Assembly (NCBI GenBank): GCA_963777775.1
Contig: CAVZRL010000003.1
Location: 28,751 to 92,750, forward strand
Direction: 5' to 3'
Length of the DNA stretch: 64,000 nucleotides
Source of the DNA: an uncultured Solirubrobacterales bacterium
GTDB lineage: Bacteria; Actinomycetota; Thermoleophilia; Solirubrobacterales; 70-9
Both the position numbers and the translations under genes were made by a program. Shown in pieces: positions 43,299 through 54,625 of this stretch. Below the pieces are notes generated by a model that was not told the origin of the DNA, did not search any database, and saw nothing but the letters and a program-made list of their open reading frames with translations. How positions within the stretch are numbered: the stretch's first letter is position 1; each line of letters opens with the position of its first letter.

Positions 43299-44393
43299 GT
43301 GAAGATCGCCGTCCTCGGCGTCGGCCTGATCGGCGGTTCGATCGGCCTCGCCGCGCGGCGGCGGCTCGACGCCGAGGTCAGCGGCTTCGACCCCGATCGC
43401 GGGAACCTCGCCCGCGCGATCGAGCTCGGGGTGCTCGACGCCGGCGCCGACTCGGCCGCGGGCGCGGTCGCCGAGGCGGAGGTCGTCTTCTGCGCCGCGC
43501 CGGTCCGTGATCTGCCCGAGCTGGTCGCCGCGGCGCTGGCCGCGAGCGGCGAGCGGGCGATCGTCACCGACGTCGGCTCGACCAAACGCTCGCTGATCGA
43601 GAGCCTGCCGTCCGCCGGCGCCGAGCGCTTCATCGGCGGCCATCCGCTCGCGGGCGCCGAGACCTCGGGGGTCGAGAACGCGCGCGCGGAGCTGCTCGAG
43701 GGTGCCCGTTGGTACCTGACCCCGAGCGAGTCGGCCAGCGGACTGCTCTATGACCGCCTCCAGCGCACGATCGCCGAGCTCGGCGCCCGCCCGCAGGCGA
43801 TCGACGCCGAGACCCACGACCGGGTGATGGCGACTGTCAGCCATCTCCCGCACGTGCTCGCGAACGTGCTCGTCCAGCAGGCCGCCGGGGCGCTCAGCGA
43901 GGAGTCCGAGCGGCTGCCCGAGGTCGGGACCAGCTTTCGCGATACGACCCGGGTCGCGGGCGCGAACCCGTCGATCTGGGCGGACATCTTCGCCACTAAC
44001 GCGGAAACAGTCGCGGGCGAGATCGACGCCGTCGGCGAGCGCCTGCGCGAGGCGGCGCGGCTGATCCGAGCCGGCGACCTCGAGGCGGTCGCGAGCTGGC
44101 ACCGCGACGCCGCCGACGACCGGCGCCGGCTGCTCGAGGCGGACCTGATCGGCGGTGACCTTCGCGAGCTGCGGATCGGAGTCCAGAACCGGCCCGGGAC
44201 CGTGGCCGAGATCGCCCTGGCGCTCGGGCGGGCGCAAGTCAACATCGAGGACATGGCGCTGTACCCGGCGCCCGACATGCGCACCGGGGCGATCTCGGTC
44301 TGGATCGCCGGCGAGCAGGAGTCCGAGCGCGCCGCCGAGGTCGTGCGCGAGCTCGGTCACACCGCTGCGCTGGTGGCGCCCGGCGAGCGATGA
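43299..44393 (+). CDS. tyrA: Prephenate dehydrogenase (with a C-terminal ACT-like region)
   Basis: MKIAVLGVGLIGGSIG Rossmann motif and GGHPLAG. Confidence 0.9.
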   Translation: MKIAVLGVGLIGGSIGLAARRRLDAEVSGFDPDRGNLARAIELGVLDAGADSAAGAVAEAEVVFCAAPVRDLPELVAAALAASGERAIVTDVGSTKRSLIESLPSAGAERFIGGHPLAGAETSGVENARAELLEGARWYLTPSESASGLLYDRLQRTIAELGARPQAIDAETHDRVMATVSHLPHVLANVLVQQAAGALSEESERLPEVGTSFRDTTRVAGANPSIWADIFATNAETVAGEIDAVGERLREAARLIRAGDLEAVASWHRDAADDRRRLLEADLIGGDLRELRIGVQNRPGTVAEIALALGRAQVNIEDMALYPAPDMRTGAISVWIAGEQESERAAEVVRELGHTAALVAPGER

Positions 44394-45727
44394 GCGCGCG
44401 CTTCGGCGCCTCGGGTCCGCTGCGCGGGACGCTGGCGCCGCCGCCCGACAAGTCGATCTCGCACCGGGCCGCGATCGTCGCCGCGATGGGGGACGGGGAG
44501 ACGAGCGTCCGCGGCTACCTCGACGCCGCTGACACGCGTTCGACGCTGGCCGCGGTGCGAGCGCTCGGCGCCAACGTCGTCGATAGCGCCACCAACGCGT
44601 CGAGGGCGCTCGAGCTCCGGATCGGCGGAGTCGGCCTGCGCGGAGCGAAGTCTGCCGAGGTTGACGTCGGCAACGCCGGCACCCTGCTGCGACTGCTGCC
44701 GGGCTGGCTGGCCGGCCAGCCGGGTGGCGACTGGACGCTCGACGGCGACCACTCGATCCGCCGGCGCCCGGTCGACCGGGTGGTCGAGCCCCTGCGACTG
44801 ATGGGCGCCGAGCTGAGCGCGCGCGAGGATCGCCTGCCGCCGGTCGCGATCCGCGGGCAAGGTGAGCTGCGCGGGATCGAGTACCGGCTCCCGGTCGCCA
44901 GCGCACAGGTCAAGTCGTGCCTGCTGCTCGCCGGCCTGCTCGCCGGCGCCCCGACAAGGGTGGTCGAGCGGCGCCCGACCCGCGACCACACCGAGCGCAT
45001 GCTGCGCGCCGCCGGCGTCACGCTGCGGACAGAGGACGCCGGCACCCCGGTGACGATCCGCGGCGAGCTGCCCGCGCGGCGAGTCACGGTCGAGCCCGCC
45101 GAGCGACTTGAGCCAAAGACGATCGTGGTCCCGGGGGACTTCTCATCGGCGGCGTTCCCGCTCGTCGCGGCGCTGCTCGTCGCCGGCAGCGAGGTGCGCC
45201 TCGAGCGGGTCGGGATCAACCCCGGCCGGATCGGGCTGCTCGGGATCCTGACCAGGATGGGCGCCGCGGTAGAGGTGACCGAGACCGCCGCGGCCGGGCT
45301 CGAGCCGGTGGCGACGATCGTCTCCCGCTCGGGCCCCCTTCAAGGGACCCGGGTCGGAGCCGGCGAGGTGCCGCTGGCGATCGACGAGCTGCCTCTGGTC
45401 GCGCTCGCCGCCTGCTTCGCCGAGGGCGGAACGGTGGTCACGGGAGCCGGCGAGTTGCGCCACAAGGAATCGGATCGGATCGCGACCGTGGTCGGCGGCC
45501 TGCGCGGACTTGGCGCCGAGATCGAGGCGACCTCGGACGGGTTCGCGATCGCGGGCGGCACCGGCCTGCGCGGCGGCGCCCTCGACGCCGCAGGCGACCA
45601 TCGCCTGGCGATGCTCGGCGCGGTCGCGGGCCTGGCCTCTGACGAGGGCGTCGAGGTGGCCGGATTCGACGCGGCCGGGGTCAGCTATCCGGGATTCGGC
45701 TCGGACCTGGCGGCGTTGCTCGGGTGA
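44390..45727 (+). CDS. aroA: 3-phosphoshikimate 1-carboxyvinyltransferase (EPSP synthase)
   Basis: PPDKSISHRA, DVGNAGTLLRLL and HKESDRI motifs. ATGA overlap with tyrA. Confidence 0.95.
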   Translation: MSARFGASGPLRGTLAPPPDKSISHRAAIVAAMGDGETSVRGYLDAADTRSTLAAVRALGANVVDSATNASRALELRIGGVGLRGAKSAEVDVGNAGTLLRLLPGWLAGQPGGDWTLDGDHSIRRRPVDRVVEPLRLMGAELSAREDRLPPVAIRGQGELRGIEYRLPVASAQVKSCLLLAGLLAGAPTRVVERRPTRDHTERMLRAAGVTLRTEDAGTPVTIRGELPARRVTVEPAERLEPKTIVVPGDFSSAAFPLVAALLVAGSEVRLERVGINPGRIGLLGILTRMGAAVEVTETAAAGLEPVATIVSRSGPLQGTRVGAGEVPLAIDELPLVALAACFAEGGTVVTGAGELRHKESDRIATVVGGLRGLGAEIEATSDGFAIAGGTGLRGGALDAAGDHRLAMLGAVAGLASDEGVEVAGFDAAGVSYPGFGSDLAALLG

Positions 45728-46035
45728 CCCTCCCCGGGCCAGGGCGAGAGCACGAGCAGCAGGCGGGCGTCGGCGGTCGCGGCGACCTCATGGCGCTCGG
45801 CGGGCTCGAAGGTGGCGAGCAGGCCGACACCGCCGCTGACTTCCTCGCCGTTCGGCCCCGTGATCTCCACCGCGCCTGAGATGACGACGAGCCAGGCGCG
45901 CTCGTGGACCTGGTGCTCGGCCAACCGCTCACCCGCCGGCAGCTCGAGCACGATCGCCCTGCCTTCCTCGTCGGAGCTGAGCACCTCCGGGTGGTGTCGG
46001 TCGACGTCGAGCGCGGAGATGTCCCAGGTCTGCAT
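45685..46035 (-). CDS. Cupin-domain protein
   Basis: ATG 46035. 116 aa with a cupin-like beta-barrel pattern (LELPAGERLAEHQVHERAWLVVISGAVEI). The 3' end overlaps the aroA 3' end by 43 nt. Confidence 0.6.
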   Translation of the reverse strand: MQTWDISALDVDRHHPEVLSSDEEGRAIVLELPAGERLAEHQVHERAWLVVISGAVEITGPNGEEVSGGVGLLATFEPAERHEVAATADARLLLVLSPWPGEGHPSNAARSEPNPG

Positions 46036-46060
46036 GTCGCAACCATATATTCCGCGCCGC

Positions 46061-46699
46061 ATGGTGATCGCGATCGATGGCCCCGCCGGGGCCGGCAAGT
46101 CCACCGTCGCCCGCGGCCTCGCCGAGGCGCTCGGCTTCACCTACCTCGACTCGGGGGCGATGTACCGAAGCGTCGCCCTGGCCGCGCTGCGCGCCGGCGC
46201 TGATCCCGACGACGCAGAGGCTTGCGCCGCAATCGCGCGCCGGGCGCGGATCGAGCTCGACGGCTCGAGCGTGCTGCTCGACGGGGAGGAGGTCAGCGAC
46301 GCGATCCGCGCAGCCGAAGTCACCGCCGCCGCGTCGCGGGTCTCGGTCCACCCGCAGGTGCGGCGGGCGATGGTCGAGCGCCAGCGCGAGTTGATCGCCG
46401 ACGGGCGCTTCGTCGCCGAAGGGCGCGACATCGGCACCGTGGTCAGCCCCGAGGCGGCGCTCAAGGTCTTCCTCGTCGCCACCGGCGAGGAGCGGGCACG
46501 CCGCCGCGCGGCGCAGACGGGCGAGTCGCTGGCCGAGGTGCGCGAGGCGCAGGCAAAGCGCGACGCGCGCGACCGCGGCCGTGAGCACAGCCCGCTGCGG
46601 GCGGCCCCGGACGCGATCGAGCTCGATTCGACCGGGCTCGATGCCGAGACGGTGATCGCGCGGCTGGCGGCGATCGCGCGCGAGCGTGGGCTCGCGTGA
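46061..46699 (+). CDS. cmk: Cytidylate kinase
   Basis: [19 protein letters not shown] and LDSGAMYR. Confidence 0.93.
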   Translation: MVIAIDGPAGAGKSTVARGLAEALGFTYLDSGAMYRSVALAALRAGADPDDAEACAAIARRARIELDGSSVLLDGEEVSDAIRAAEVTAAASRVSVHPQVRRAMVERQRELIADGRFVAEGRDIGTVVSPEAALKVFLVATGEERARRRAAQTGESLAEVREAQAKRDARDRGREHSPLRAAPDAIELDSTGLDAETVIARLAAIARERGLA

Positions 46700-48072
46700 C
46701 CGCGATGGAGCCTCTCCCGCGGATCGCGATCGTCGGCTTCCCGAACGTCGGCAAGTCGACGCTCGCAAACCGGCTCAGCGGCGGGCGCGACGCGGTGGTG
46801 CACGAGCAGGCCGGCGTGACCCGGGATCGCAAGGCGCTGGACTGCGAGTGGAACGGGATCCGGTTCGAGCTCATCGACACCGGCGGCGTCGACCTCGCCG
46901 CCGGGGACTCGCTCTCGCGAGCTGTTCAGGCCCAGGCCAGAGAGGCGATCGCCGACGCCGACGTGGTCGCGTTGGTCCTCGACTCCCGCGCCGGTTTGCG
47001 CCAGGGCGACGCCGAGGTGGCCGAGATCCTGCGCCGGGCCGAGCTGCCCGTCGTCGTGGTCGCGAACAAGGTCGATTCGGCCGCCGACGAGCCGCGGGCC
47101 GCCGAGCTGTACGCGATCGGGCTCGGCGAGCCGGTCGCTGTCTCTGCCACCCACGGCCGCGGCACCGGAGACTTGCTGGACCGTTTGGTTTCAGAGCTCG
47201 TCGGTGCCCGTCCTGAACTCGACCCGGCCGCCCCCGGACGCGAAGCGGAGGAGGCGGACGGCAATGCTTCGATGATCGCGTTAGCGATCATCGGCAGGCC
47301 GAATGTAGGCAAGTCGTCGCTGGTCAACGCGTTGCTGGGGACCGAGCGGGTGATCGTCGACGAGCGAGCCGGCACGACCCGGGACGCGATCGACACCCCG
47401 CTCGAGTTCGACGGGCGCCCGTTGACCCTGATCGACACCGCCGGGATCCGGCGCCGGACGAAGGTCGCCGGGACGGTGGACTACTACGCCCAGCTTCGCT
47501 CCGAGCGCGCCGCGCAACGCGCCGATGTCGCGCTGCTGGTCTGCGACGCGAGCGCCGGGGTCACCGCCGAGGACCTGCGGATCGGCGAGCTCGCGATGCG
47601 AACCGGCTGCGCGACCCTCGTGGCGCTGAACAAATGGGACGTCGGCGAAACGGACCTCGAGGATGCTCGGGCGCGGCTGGCGAAGCGCATCCGCCAGCGG
47701 CCGCCGGTGATCGCCTGCTCGGCGAAGACGGGTCGGGGGGTCGCGAAGCTCCTCGCACGGGCGGTCGCGCTCGCCGATCTGCGCGCCGCGCGGATCCCGA
47801 CCCCGGACCTGAACCGTGTCGTGGGGGAGATCGTCGCCAGCCGGCCGCCACCGCAACGGCGCGGGAAGCGCCTGCGCCTCTACTACGCGGCGCAGATCGG
47901 CGCCGGCCCGCCACGGATCGCGATCCAGGTCAACGACCGCCGGCCGATCACCCGCGACTGGGCCTTTCACCTCGAGAACCGCCTCCGCGAGCACTACGGG
48001 CTCGAGGGCGTGCCGCTGGTCATCGACCTGGTCCCGAAGCGCGCCCGGCGCCGCTCCGGGGCGCCGAGCTGA
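46696..48072 (+). CDS. der: Ribosome-associated GTPase Der (EngA)
   Basis: Two G domains ([10 protein letters not shown]; [10 protein letters not shown]) and a KH-like C-terminus. Confidence 0.95.
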   Translation: MTAMEPLPRIAIVGFPNVGKSTLANRLSGGRDAVVHEQAGVTRDRKALDCEWNGIRFELIDTGGVDLAAGDSLSRAVQAQAREAIADADVVALVLDSRAGLRQGDAEVAEILRRAELPVVVVANKVDSAADEPRAAELYAIGLGEPVAVSATHGRGTGDLLDRLVSELVGARPELDPAAPGREAEEADGNASMIALAIIGRPNVGKSSLVNALLGTERVIVDERAGTTRDAIDTPLEFDGRPLTLIDTAGIRRRTKVAGTVDYYAQLRSERAAQRADVALLVCDASAGVTAEDLRIGELAMRTGCATLVALNKWDVGETDLEDARARLAKRIRQRPPVIACSAKTGRGVAKLLARAVALADLRAARIPTPDLNRVVGEIVASRPPPQRRGKRLRLYYAAQIGAGPPRIAIQVNDRRPITRDWAFHLENRLREHYGLEGVPLVIDLVPKRARRRSGAPS

Positions 48073-48073
48073 G

Positions 48074-49906
48074 GTGGGGGCGGGGCGCGAGATCCTCGCC
48101 GCAATCGGCCGGGGCCTGCGCTCGGTTCGCTACGCGATTTCGGATCTCGCCTTCGTCGCCGGCCGGGCGATCCGCGGCTTCATCGACTCGCTTGCGCACG
48201 GCGGGTCCGACTTCTGGGCCGGGCTCTCGCCCGAGTCCAGGCGCCGGCTGCCATTGGCCGCCGGAGCGGCGCTGGCGGCCGCGCTGCTACTGGCGCTGCT
48301 CGCCCCGAGCCTGCCCTGCCAGCTTCCGGGCGGCGACTCGTGCCCGCCCGCCGACGACGCCGCCGAGCTGGTTCCGGCGGACGCGTTCGCCTACGCGCAC
48401 ATCAGCCTCGACTCCGGGACCGAGCAATACGACCTCGCCCGCGAGACCGCGGGAGCGACGCCCTTGCTCTCCGGGCAGATCGTGGCCCGGGCGCTGGCGC
48501 TGATCCCCGGCCCGGACGGCCGGCCGCCGGACTTCGCGGGCCAGATCGCGCCCTGGTTCGGCGGTCAGGCGGCGGTCGCGGTGCTCGGCGGCGGGGCCGG
48601 GCCCGCAAGCCAGGTCGAGCTGCTCGAGGCGGCCGACGAGCAGGCAGCGGCCGGCTACGCGGCCTCGATCGCTGCCGGACGGGTGCAGAGCGAGGACTAC
48701 CGCGGGGTCGAGATCGAGACCGATCAACGCGGCCTGGCAACCGCGAGCATCGAGGGATTCCTGGCGATCGGCCGCCCCGAGTCGCTGAGGGCGGTGATCG
48801 ACGTCGCCACGGAAGCCGACGGGGCCGACGCCCTAGCGGCTGACGCGACCGCGAACGAGCTGCGCGACGAGCTTCCCGCGCAGCGTCTGGCCGAGGCCTA
48901 CGTGAGCGAGGCGGGAGTGGCCGGGATCGCCGGCGATCGTGGTGCTCTCGCCTCGCTCGCGCCCTTCCTCTCGCCGGGGGCGAGTCGCGGGGCGGCGGTG
49001 GCACTGACCGCGACCGACGAGGGCTTCGAGTTGGCGATCCGAAGCGCGCTCGATCCCGAGCGGGCGCGCTCGGCGCCCGGGTTCTTTGCCGCGTTCCCTG
49101 CCTTCGACCCGAGCCTGCCCGAGCTCTTGCCCGCACAGTCGCTCGCCTACCTGGGCTTTGGCGATCCCGGGGCGACCGTCCGGGCGCTGCTCGCCCAGGC
49201 CAGCGCCCAAGCACCCGGGATCGCAGCCGGCTTCGAGCAGCTCGTTTCCCGCCTGCGCCGCGAGGGCGGCGTGGACCTCGAGCGGGACCTGCTCGACGCG
49301 CTCGGCGGCGAGGCGGCATTGGTTGTCGGCGCGCCGCCGGGCGCCGCGGCCCGGCCCTACCTGGCGCTGGTCTCGGCCGGGGTCGACGAGCAGCGGGCCA
49401 GGCGGGCGCTGGCGGCGCTGCAGGCGCCGCTCGCCGCCGCCGTGGATCCGGGCACCGATCTCCAAGCGCCGGTGTTCGGCGAGGCCGAGATCGGTGGTGT
49501 GCAGGCACGCAGTCTGCGGATCTCGCCGACGGTCGAGCTCACCGCCGCGGTCTTCGGCGGCCTCGCTGTGATCGCTACCGATCCCTCGGCGCTCCGCGCC
49601 CTGGCCGCCGACCAGGGCCGGCTCGCAGATAGCGAGCTCTACCGGCGGGCGACCGAGGAGCTCGGCGAGGACACGCAGAGCTCGTTGACCGGCTATCTCG
49701 ATCTCGGCGAGTTGGTGGCGATTGGCGAACAGCTCGGGCTCGCGGAGGATCCCGCGTACGTCACCTTCGCGGCCGACTTCCGACGCCTCGAGGCGCTCGG
49801 GCTCGCGGTCTCGAGCTCCGAGGAGGCGCTAGACACCGATGCCCGCCTGCTGCTCGTCCCGCCCGAGGACGAGTCGACGCCGCAGCCGCTCGCACCGCCC
49901 GACTAA
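48074..49906 (+). CDS. Membrane-anchored hypothetical protein (DUF3352-like by memory of the pattern)
   Basis: GTG 48074 sits 1 nt after the der stop. N-terminal TM ([19 protein letters not shown]) and a large Ala/Leu-rich extracytoplasmic part. The family assignment is tentative. Confidence 0.6.
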   Translation: MGAGREILAAIGRGLRSVRYAISDLAFVAGRAIRGFIDSLAHGGSDFWAGLSPESRRRLPLAAGAALAAALLLALLAPSLPCQLPGGDSCPPADDAAELVPADAFAYAHISLDSGTEQYDLARETAGATPLLSGQIVARALALIPGPDGRPPDFAGQIAPWFGGQAAVAVLGGGAGPASQVELLEAADEQAAAGYAASIAAGRVQSEDYRGVEIETDQRGLATASIEGFLAIGRPESLRAVIDVATEADGADALAADATANELRDELPAQRLAEAYVSEAGVAGIAGDRGALASLAPFLSPGASRGAAVALTATDEGFELAIRSALDPERARSAPGFFAAFPAFDPSLPELLPAQSLAYLGFGDPGATVRALLAQASAQAPGIAAGFEQLVSRLRREGGVDLERDLLDALGGEAALVVGAPPGAAARPYLALVSAGVDEQRARRALAALQAPLAAAVDPGTDLQAPVFGEAEIGGVQARSLRISPTVELTAAVFGGLAVIATDPSALRALAADQGRLADSELYRRATEELGEDTQSSLTGYLDLGELVAIGEQLGLAEDPAYVTFAADFRRLEALGLAVSSSEEALDTDARLLLVPPEDESTPQPLAPPD

Positions 49907-49916
49907 CCTTGCGCCG

Positions 49917-51173
49917 ATGAACGACGAGCACGCCCCGGACTCCTACCTGTTCACCTCCGAGTCGGTCACCGAGGGCCACCCGGACAAGGTCGCCGACCAG
50001 ATCTCCGACGGCGTGCTCGATGCGGTCCTGGCCGAGGACCCGGGCGGCCGGGTGGCGTGTGAGACGCTGGTCAACACCGGGCTCGTCGTCGTCTCGGGCG
50101 AGATCTCGACCGAGACCTGGGTCGACATCCCCGAGATCGCGCGCGAGACGATTCGCGAGATCGGCTACACCGACGCCGACCTCGGCTTCTCAGCCGACTC
50201 CTGTGCGGTGATCAACGCGATCGACAAGCAGTCGCCCGACATCGCCCAGGGGGTCGACACGGCGCTCGAGGCGCGCACCGACCCCGCCGATGACGACGAG
50301 CTCGACGTCGCAGGGGCCGGCGACCAGGGGATGATGTTCGGTTACGCGACCCGCGAGACGCCCGAGCTGATGCCGCTGCCGATCTCGCTCGCCCACAAGC
50401 TCGCCCACCGCCTCGCTGCGGTGCGCAAGGGCGAGGTGATGCCGTACTTGCGCCCCGACGGCAAGACCCAGGTCACGATCCGCTATGAGTCGGGCCGGCC
50501 GATCGAGATCGAAAAGGTCCTGGTCTCGACCCAGCACCGCGACGGAATCGACGCCGACACCCTGATCCGCCCCGACCTCTGGGAGCACGTCCTGCACCCG
50601 GTGCTCCCGGCCGAGCTCTATGACGAGCGCAAGCTCAACACCAAGCAGAACCTGCTCGTCAACCCAACCGGGCGATTCGTGATCGGGGGCCCGGTCGGCG
50701 ACGCGGGGCTGACCGGGCGCAAGATCATCGTCGACACGTATGGCGGCATGGCCCGCCACGGCGGCGGGGCGTTCTCGGGCAAGGACCCCTCCAAGGTCGA
50801 CCGCTCGGCTGCCTATGCCGCGCGCTGGGTGGCAAAGAACGTCGTCGCGGCCGGGCTCGCCGAGCGCTGCGAGGTCCAGGTCGCCTACGCGATCGGCGTC
50901 GCCCACCCGGTCTCGCTGATGGTCGAGACCTTCGGCACCGAGAGGATCACCCGGGCCGAGATCAAGCGGCTGATCGAAGAGCACTTCGACCTGCGCCCGG
51001 GATCGTTTCGCTCCGAGCTCGGCCTGCACCGTCCGATCTACAAGAAGACCGCCGCTTACGGGCACTTCGGCCGCGACGACCACGACTTCACCTGGGAGCG
51101 CACCGATCGCGCCGACGCCTTGCGGGCGGCGGCGGGGCTCGATCAGCCCGCCGCGTCGCCGGCCGGCGCCTGA
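49917..51173 (+). CDS. metK: S-adenosylmethionine synthase
   Basis: [20 protein letters not shown] and [12 protein letters not shown]. Confidence 0.97.
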   Translation: MNDEHAPDSYLFTSESVTEGHPDKVADQISDGVLDAVLAEDPGGRVACETLVNTGLVVVSGEISTETWVDIPEIARETIREIGYTDADLGFSADSCAVINAIDKQSPDIAQGVDTALEARTDPADDDELDVAGAGDQGMMFGYATRETPELMPLPISLAHKLAHRLAAVRKGEVMPYLRPDGKTQVTIRYESGRPIEIEKVLVSTQHRDGIDADTLIRPDLWEHVLHPVLPAELYDERKLNTKQNLLVNPTGRFVIGGPVGDAGLTGRKIIVDTYGGMARHGGGAFSGKDPSKVDRSAAYAARWVAKNVVAAGLAERCEVQVAYAIGVAHPVSLMVETFGTERITRAEIKRLIEEHFDLRPGSFRSELGLHRPIYKKTAAYGHFGRDDHDFTWERTDRADALRAAAGLDQPAASPAGA

Positions 51174-51176
51174 TCG

Positions 51177-51701
51177 TCAGCGGGGCGGGGCGACCGCCGG
51201 GGTGTCGCCGAGGCCTTCGGCGACGCCATGATGGGTTGCCTGGTCGACCCGGTGCACGATGTCGGCCGGTTCCGCGACCCCGGTGAAGACGAAGTTGTAG
51301 TCGTCGCCGGCGGCGGTGTCGAAGTCGACATCGCCGATCTGGAGCATGCGCTGGACCACCGTCTGGCTGTAGTTGACGTTCTGGACCCGCTCGAGCCGCG
51401 TTTCCTGGATCGTCCGCGAGATGATCCCGCGCTTGATGTGCAGGCGCCGGTCGGTGATCGTGTAGCTGGTCGCAACCCGCATCACGAAGCCCGCCAGGAT
51501 CGTCACCGAGACGCCGATCAGGGCGATGATCACGACCAGCCCGGTGTTCGTCTCGTCGCCGAACACCCCGGTCGCAAGCGCGACCAGCAGGCAGATCAGC
51601 GTGGTCGCGAGCAGTCCCTTGAGATAGAAGTCGAGGATCGCCCGCCACGAGGGGTGGCCCTCGTAGAGAACCCGCTCCCCGGGGTGCAGCTTCGGCGCCA
51701 C
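51177..51701 (-). CDS. Membrane protein with a bacterial PH domain (bPH_2/YdbS-like)
   Basis: Two TM segments, then YTITDRRLHIKRGIISR...QRMLQIGDVDF. TATATT lies 6 nt upstream of GTG 51701 on the minus strand. Confidence 0.8.
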   Translation of the reverse strand: MAPKLHPGERVLYEGHPSWRAILDFYLKGLLATTLICLLVALATGVFGDETNTGLVVIIALIGVSVTILAGFVMRVATSYTITDRRLHIKRGIISRTIQETRLERVQNVNYSQTVVQRMLQIGDVDFDTAAGDDYNFVFTGVAEPADIVHRVDQATHHGVAEGLGDTPAVAPPR

Positions 51702-51706
51702 CGGCG

Positions 51707-51725
51707 GAATATATCCGCGATATTC
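51707..51725. repeat. AT-rich palindrome GAATAT-N7-ATATTC in the divergent PH-domain/priA promoter region
   Basis: GAATAT at 51707-51712 and ATATTC at 51720-51725. It stands out against the GC-rich background. Confidence 0.5.
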
Positions 51726-51772
51726 GCGCCGGCGCCGGCGGCGTGTCCGTGTCGCGTCCTAGCCTGGATGCG

Positions 51773-53950
51773 ATGTCGATCGCGAGGGTCGAGCCGCTGA
51801 CCACCGCCCGCTCGCTGCGCGGACCGTTCGACTACGTCCTGCCCGAGCGTCTGGACGCGGTCGGGGTCGGGACGGTGCTCGTGGTGCCGTTCGGCAACCG
51901 GCGTCTGCTCGGGGTTGTGGTCGAGATCGCCGAGCGCAGCGAGCTGGCGCCGGAACGGCTCGCCGAGCCGCTCGAGGCGCTCGAGGCGGGGGCACCGCCG
52001 GAGCTGGTCGAGCTCGGGCTCTGGGTCGGCCGCGAGTACTGCTCGACTCCCGCGCGGGGGCTCGAGCTGGTCCTGCCTCCGGGCACCGGGAGCGCTCGCG
52101 GGCACCCCCGGGCGCGAACCGAGACGGTCGTCGAGCCGACCCCGGAAGCCGTCGCGCCGGGCTCGACGGCGGGGCTGGGCCCGCGCCAGCGCCGGGCGCT
52201 GGAGCTGCTCGCGGAGGCCGGCGGTGCGGTTGCTGCTCCACGGCTCGCCGAGCGGGGAATCGGTCCCGACGCGCTGCGCCGGCTCGAGCGCCGCGGCCTG
52301 GTCCGGCTCGCCGAGCGCGAGGTGCGCCGGCGCCCGCCCTCGCGCGCGATCGGCGCTCCGGCCACGCCCGTGACCCTCGACCACGCCCAGCGTGGCGCGG
52401 TCGATCGGATCGTCGCCGGGATCGACAACGGCGGCGCGGAGTTGCTTCTGCACGGCGTCACCGGCTCGGGGAAGACCGAGGTCTATCTCGCCGCCGCCGA
52501 GGCTGCGCTCGAGCGCGGCCGGGGGGCGATCGTGCTCGTCCCGGAGATCGGGATGACGCCGCAGGCGCTCGCCAGGTTCAGCTCGCGGTTCGGCGAGCGG
52601 GTCGCGATTCTGCACTCGCGGCTTGCCGCCGGCGAGCGCCGAGACGAGTGGCAGCGGCTGCGCAGCGGGGAGGCGACGATCTGCGTCGGCCCCCGCTCGG
52701 CGATCTTCGCCCCGCTGGTCAGGCCCGGGCTGATCGTCTGCGACGAAGAGCACGACGGCTCCTATAAGCAGGAGGGAGATCCCCGATATGACGCCCGCGA
52801 GGTTGCCCGGCGCCGCGCAACGTCCACCGGCGCCGCGCTGGTGCTCGGCTCGGCCACCCCGAGGCCCGAGAGCTGGCACGAGCTCGAGCGGCTCGAGCTG
52901 CCCGATCGGGTCGACGGCCGCTCGCTACCGGAGGTCGAGGTGGTCGACATGCGCGACCGCGACGGCGCCGCGGGGCCGCTGCACACGCGCACCCGGGAGG
53001 CGCTCGGCGAGCTCCGCGAACGCGGGGGAAAGGGGATCGTGTTGATCAACCGGCGAGGCTGGGCGCCCCACCTGTCCTGCCGGGAATGCGGCCACACCTG
53101 GGAGTGCCCCGAGTGTGACGTCTCGCTCGTCCTGCATCGGGTCAGTGGCCTGCACTGCCACCACTGCGGGCACGCCGAGCCCACCCCGGACTCGTGCCCT
53201 GGCTGCGGTTCGGTGACGCTCGCCCGTGCCGGCGCCGGCAGCGAGCGGATCGAGGAGTTGATCGCGGCGGCGGTCGCCCCGCTGCCGGTGCTGCGCCTCG
53301 ACTCGGACAGCGCGACTCGATCTGGCGGCCACCTCGAGATCCTGGCCGAGTTCCAGGCGGCGCCGGCCGGGGTGCTGGTCGGGACCCAGATGGTCGCCAA
53401 GGGTCACGATTTCCCCGACGTGGTGCTCGGGGTCGTGCTCGACGCCGACGCGACGCTGCGCTTTCCCGACCTGCGAGCCGAGGAGCGGACCTTCGCCCTC
53501 GTCTCCCAGCTCGCCGGACGCAGCGGCCGCGGAACGGGCCGTGGGCGGGTGCTCGTCCAGACCCTCGCCCCCGAGGCGGCGGCGATCCGGCTCGCCGCCG
53601 ATCACGATGCGCCGAGGTTCCTCGCCGGCGAGCTCGAGCGCCGGCGCGAGCTCGACTACCCGCCCTTCTCACATCTGATCCGGGTTGAGCTCAGCGGTCC
53701 CGGCGCCGAGCGGGTGCAGGCCGCCGCAACGCGCCTCCGAGACGCTCTCGTCGCCGCGCTTCCGCCGGGCGACCGGGCGCTGGGACCGGCGCCTCGGTTT
53801 CGCCTTCGCGGTCGTGAGCGCCGCCAGGTGATCGTCAAGGCACGCGAGCGCGGCCCGGCCGTGGCGACGGTCCGCGCGGTGGTCGAGGAGGCTGCGGCGA
53901 CCCGCGGCCTGCGCGATCTGGCGCTCGCAGTCGACGTCGATCCGCAGTAG
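51773..53950 (+). CDS. priA: Primosomal replication-restart helicase PriA
   Basis: GVTGSGKTEVY, DEEHD, and a Cys-rich zinc insert (CRECGHTWECPECD...CHHCGH...CPGCGS). The ORF is also open from GTG 51743. Confidence 0.93.
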   Translation: MSIARVEPLTTARSLRGPFDYVLPERLDAVGVGTVLVVPFGNRRLLGVVVEIAERSELAPERLAEPLEALEAGAPPELVELGLWVGREYCSTPARGLELVLPPGTGSARGHPRARTETVVEPTPEAVAPGSTAGLGPRQRRALELLAEAGGAVAAPRLAERGIGPDALRRLERRGLVRLAEREVRRRPPSRAIGAPATPVTLDHAQRGAVDRIVAGIDNGGAELLLHGVTGSGKTEVYLAAAEAALERGRGAIVLVPEIGMTPQALARFSSRFGERVAILHSRLAAGERRDEWQRLRSGEATICVGPRSAIFAPLVRPGLIVCDEEHDGSYKQEGDPRYDAREVARRRATSTGAALVLGSATPRPESWHELERLELPDRVDGRSLPEVEVVDMRDRDGAAGPLHTRTREALGELRERGGKGIVLINRRGWAPHLSCRECGHTWECPECDVSLVLHRVSGLHCHHCGHAEPTPDSCPGCGSVTLARAGAGSERIEELIAAAVAPLPVLRLDSDSATRSGGHLEILAEFQAAPAGVLVGTQMVAKGHDFPDVVLGVVLDADATLRFPDLRAEERTFALVSQLAGRSGRGTGRGRVLVQTLAPEAAAIRLAADHDAPRFLAGELERRRELDYPPFSHLIRVELSGPGAERVQAAATRLRDALVAALPPGDRALGPAPRFRLRGRERRQVIVKARERGPAVATVRAVVEEAAATRGLRDLALAVDVDPQ

Positions 53951-53989
53951 CGCGATCCGGGGCGGATCCGGGCATCTAGACTCGCGACG

Positions 53990-54619
53990 ATGAGCGAGAC
54001 GGCCGAGCACGAGGTCGAGCCCCGGTCCGCCGAGGTCGAGGGCGCCGTGCCCGACGACAGCCTCACCGAGGCCGAGCGCGAGCGCCGCGCGCAGGCGCTG
54101 GCCGAGGTGCGCACCTTCGGGGACCCGTTGCTGCGCTCGCGCGCCTCGGAGGTGAGCGAGTTCGGCGAGCCGCTCGCCGCCGAGGCGGAGCGGATGATCG
54201 AGATCATGGGCGGAGCGCTGGGGGTGGGGCTCGCTGCGACGCAGCTCGGCATCCTGCGCCGCCTGCTCGTCTTCCAGGCGGCGCCCGACGCGCGCCCGAC
54301 CGCGATCGCAAACCCCGAGCTCGAGTGGGTATCCGAGGAGCTGGTGGTGGCGGAGGAGGGCTGTCTCAGCCTGCCCCGCATCGGCCTCGATGTCGAGCGC
54401 CCACTGCACGCCCTGGTCCGGGGGCGCGACGTGTTCGGCGAGCCGCTGACGGTCGAGGCCTCGGGTCTGGAGGCGCGCGTGCTCCAGCACGAGATCGACC
54501 ACCTCGACGGGGTCCTGATCCTCGACCGCGCCGAGCCCGACCAGCGCAAGGAGGCGCTGCGGGCGTTGCGCGAGGGGACCAGCTACAGCCCCGCCGCCGA
54601 GGAAGAGGACGAGGAATAG
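53990..54619 (+). CDS. def: Peptide deformylase (with a ~37-aa acidic N-terminal extension if ATG 53990 is used)
   Basis: GVGLAATQLG, EGCLS and QHEIDHL motifs. An alternative GTG is at 54107. Confidence 0.9.
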   Translation: MSETAEHEVEPRSAEVEGAVPDDSLTEAERERRAQALAEVRTFGDPLLRSRASEVSEFGEPLAAEAERMIEIMGGALGVGLAATQLGILRRLLVFQAAPDARPTAIANPELEWVSEELVVAEEGCLSLPRIGLDVERPLHALVRGRDVFGEPLTVEASGLEARVLQHEIDHLDGVLILDRAEPDQRKEALRALREGTSYSPAAEEEDEE

Positions 54620-54625
54620 CCGTAC

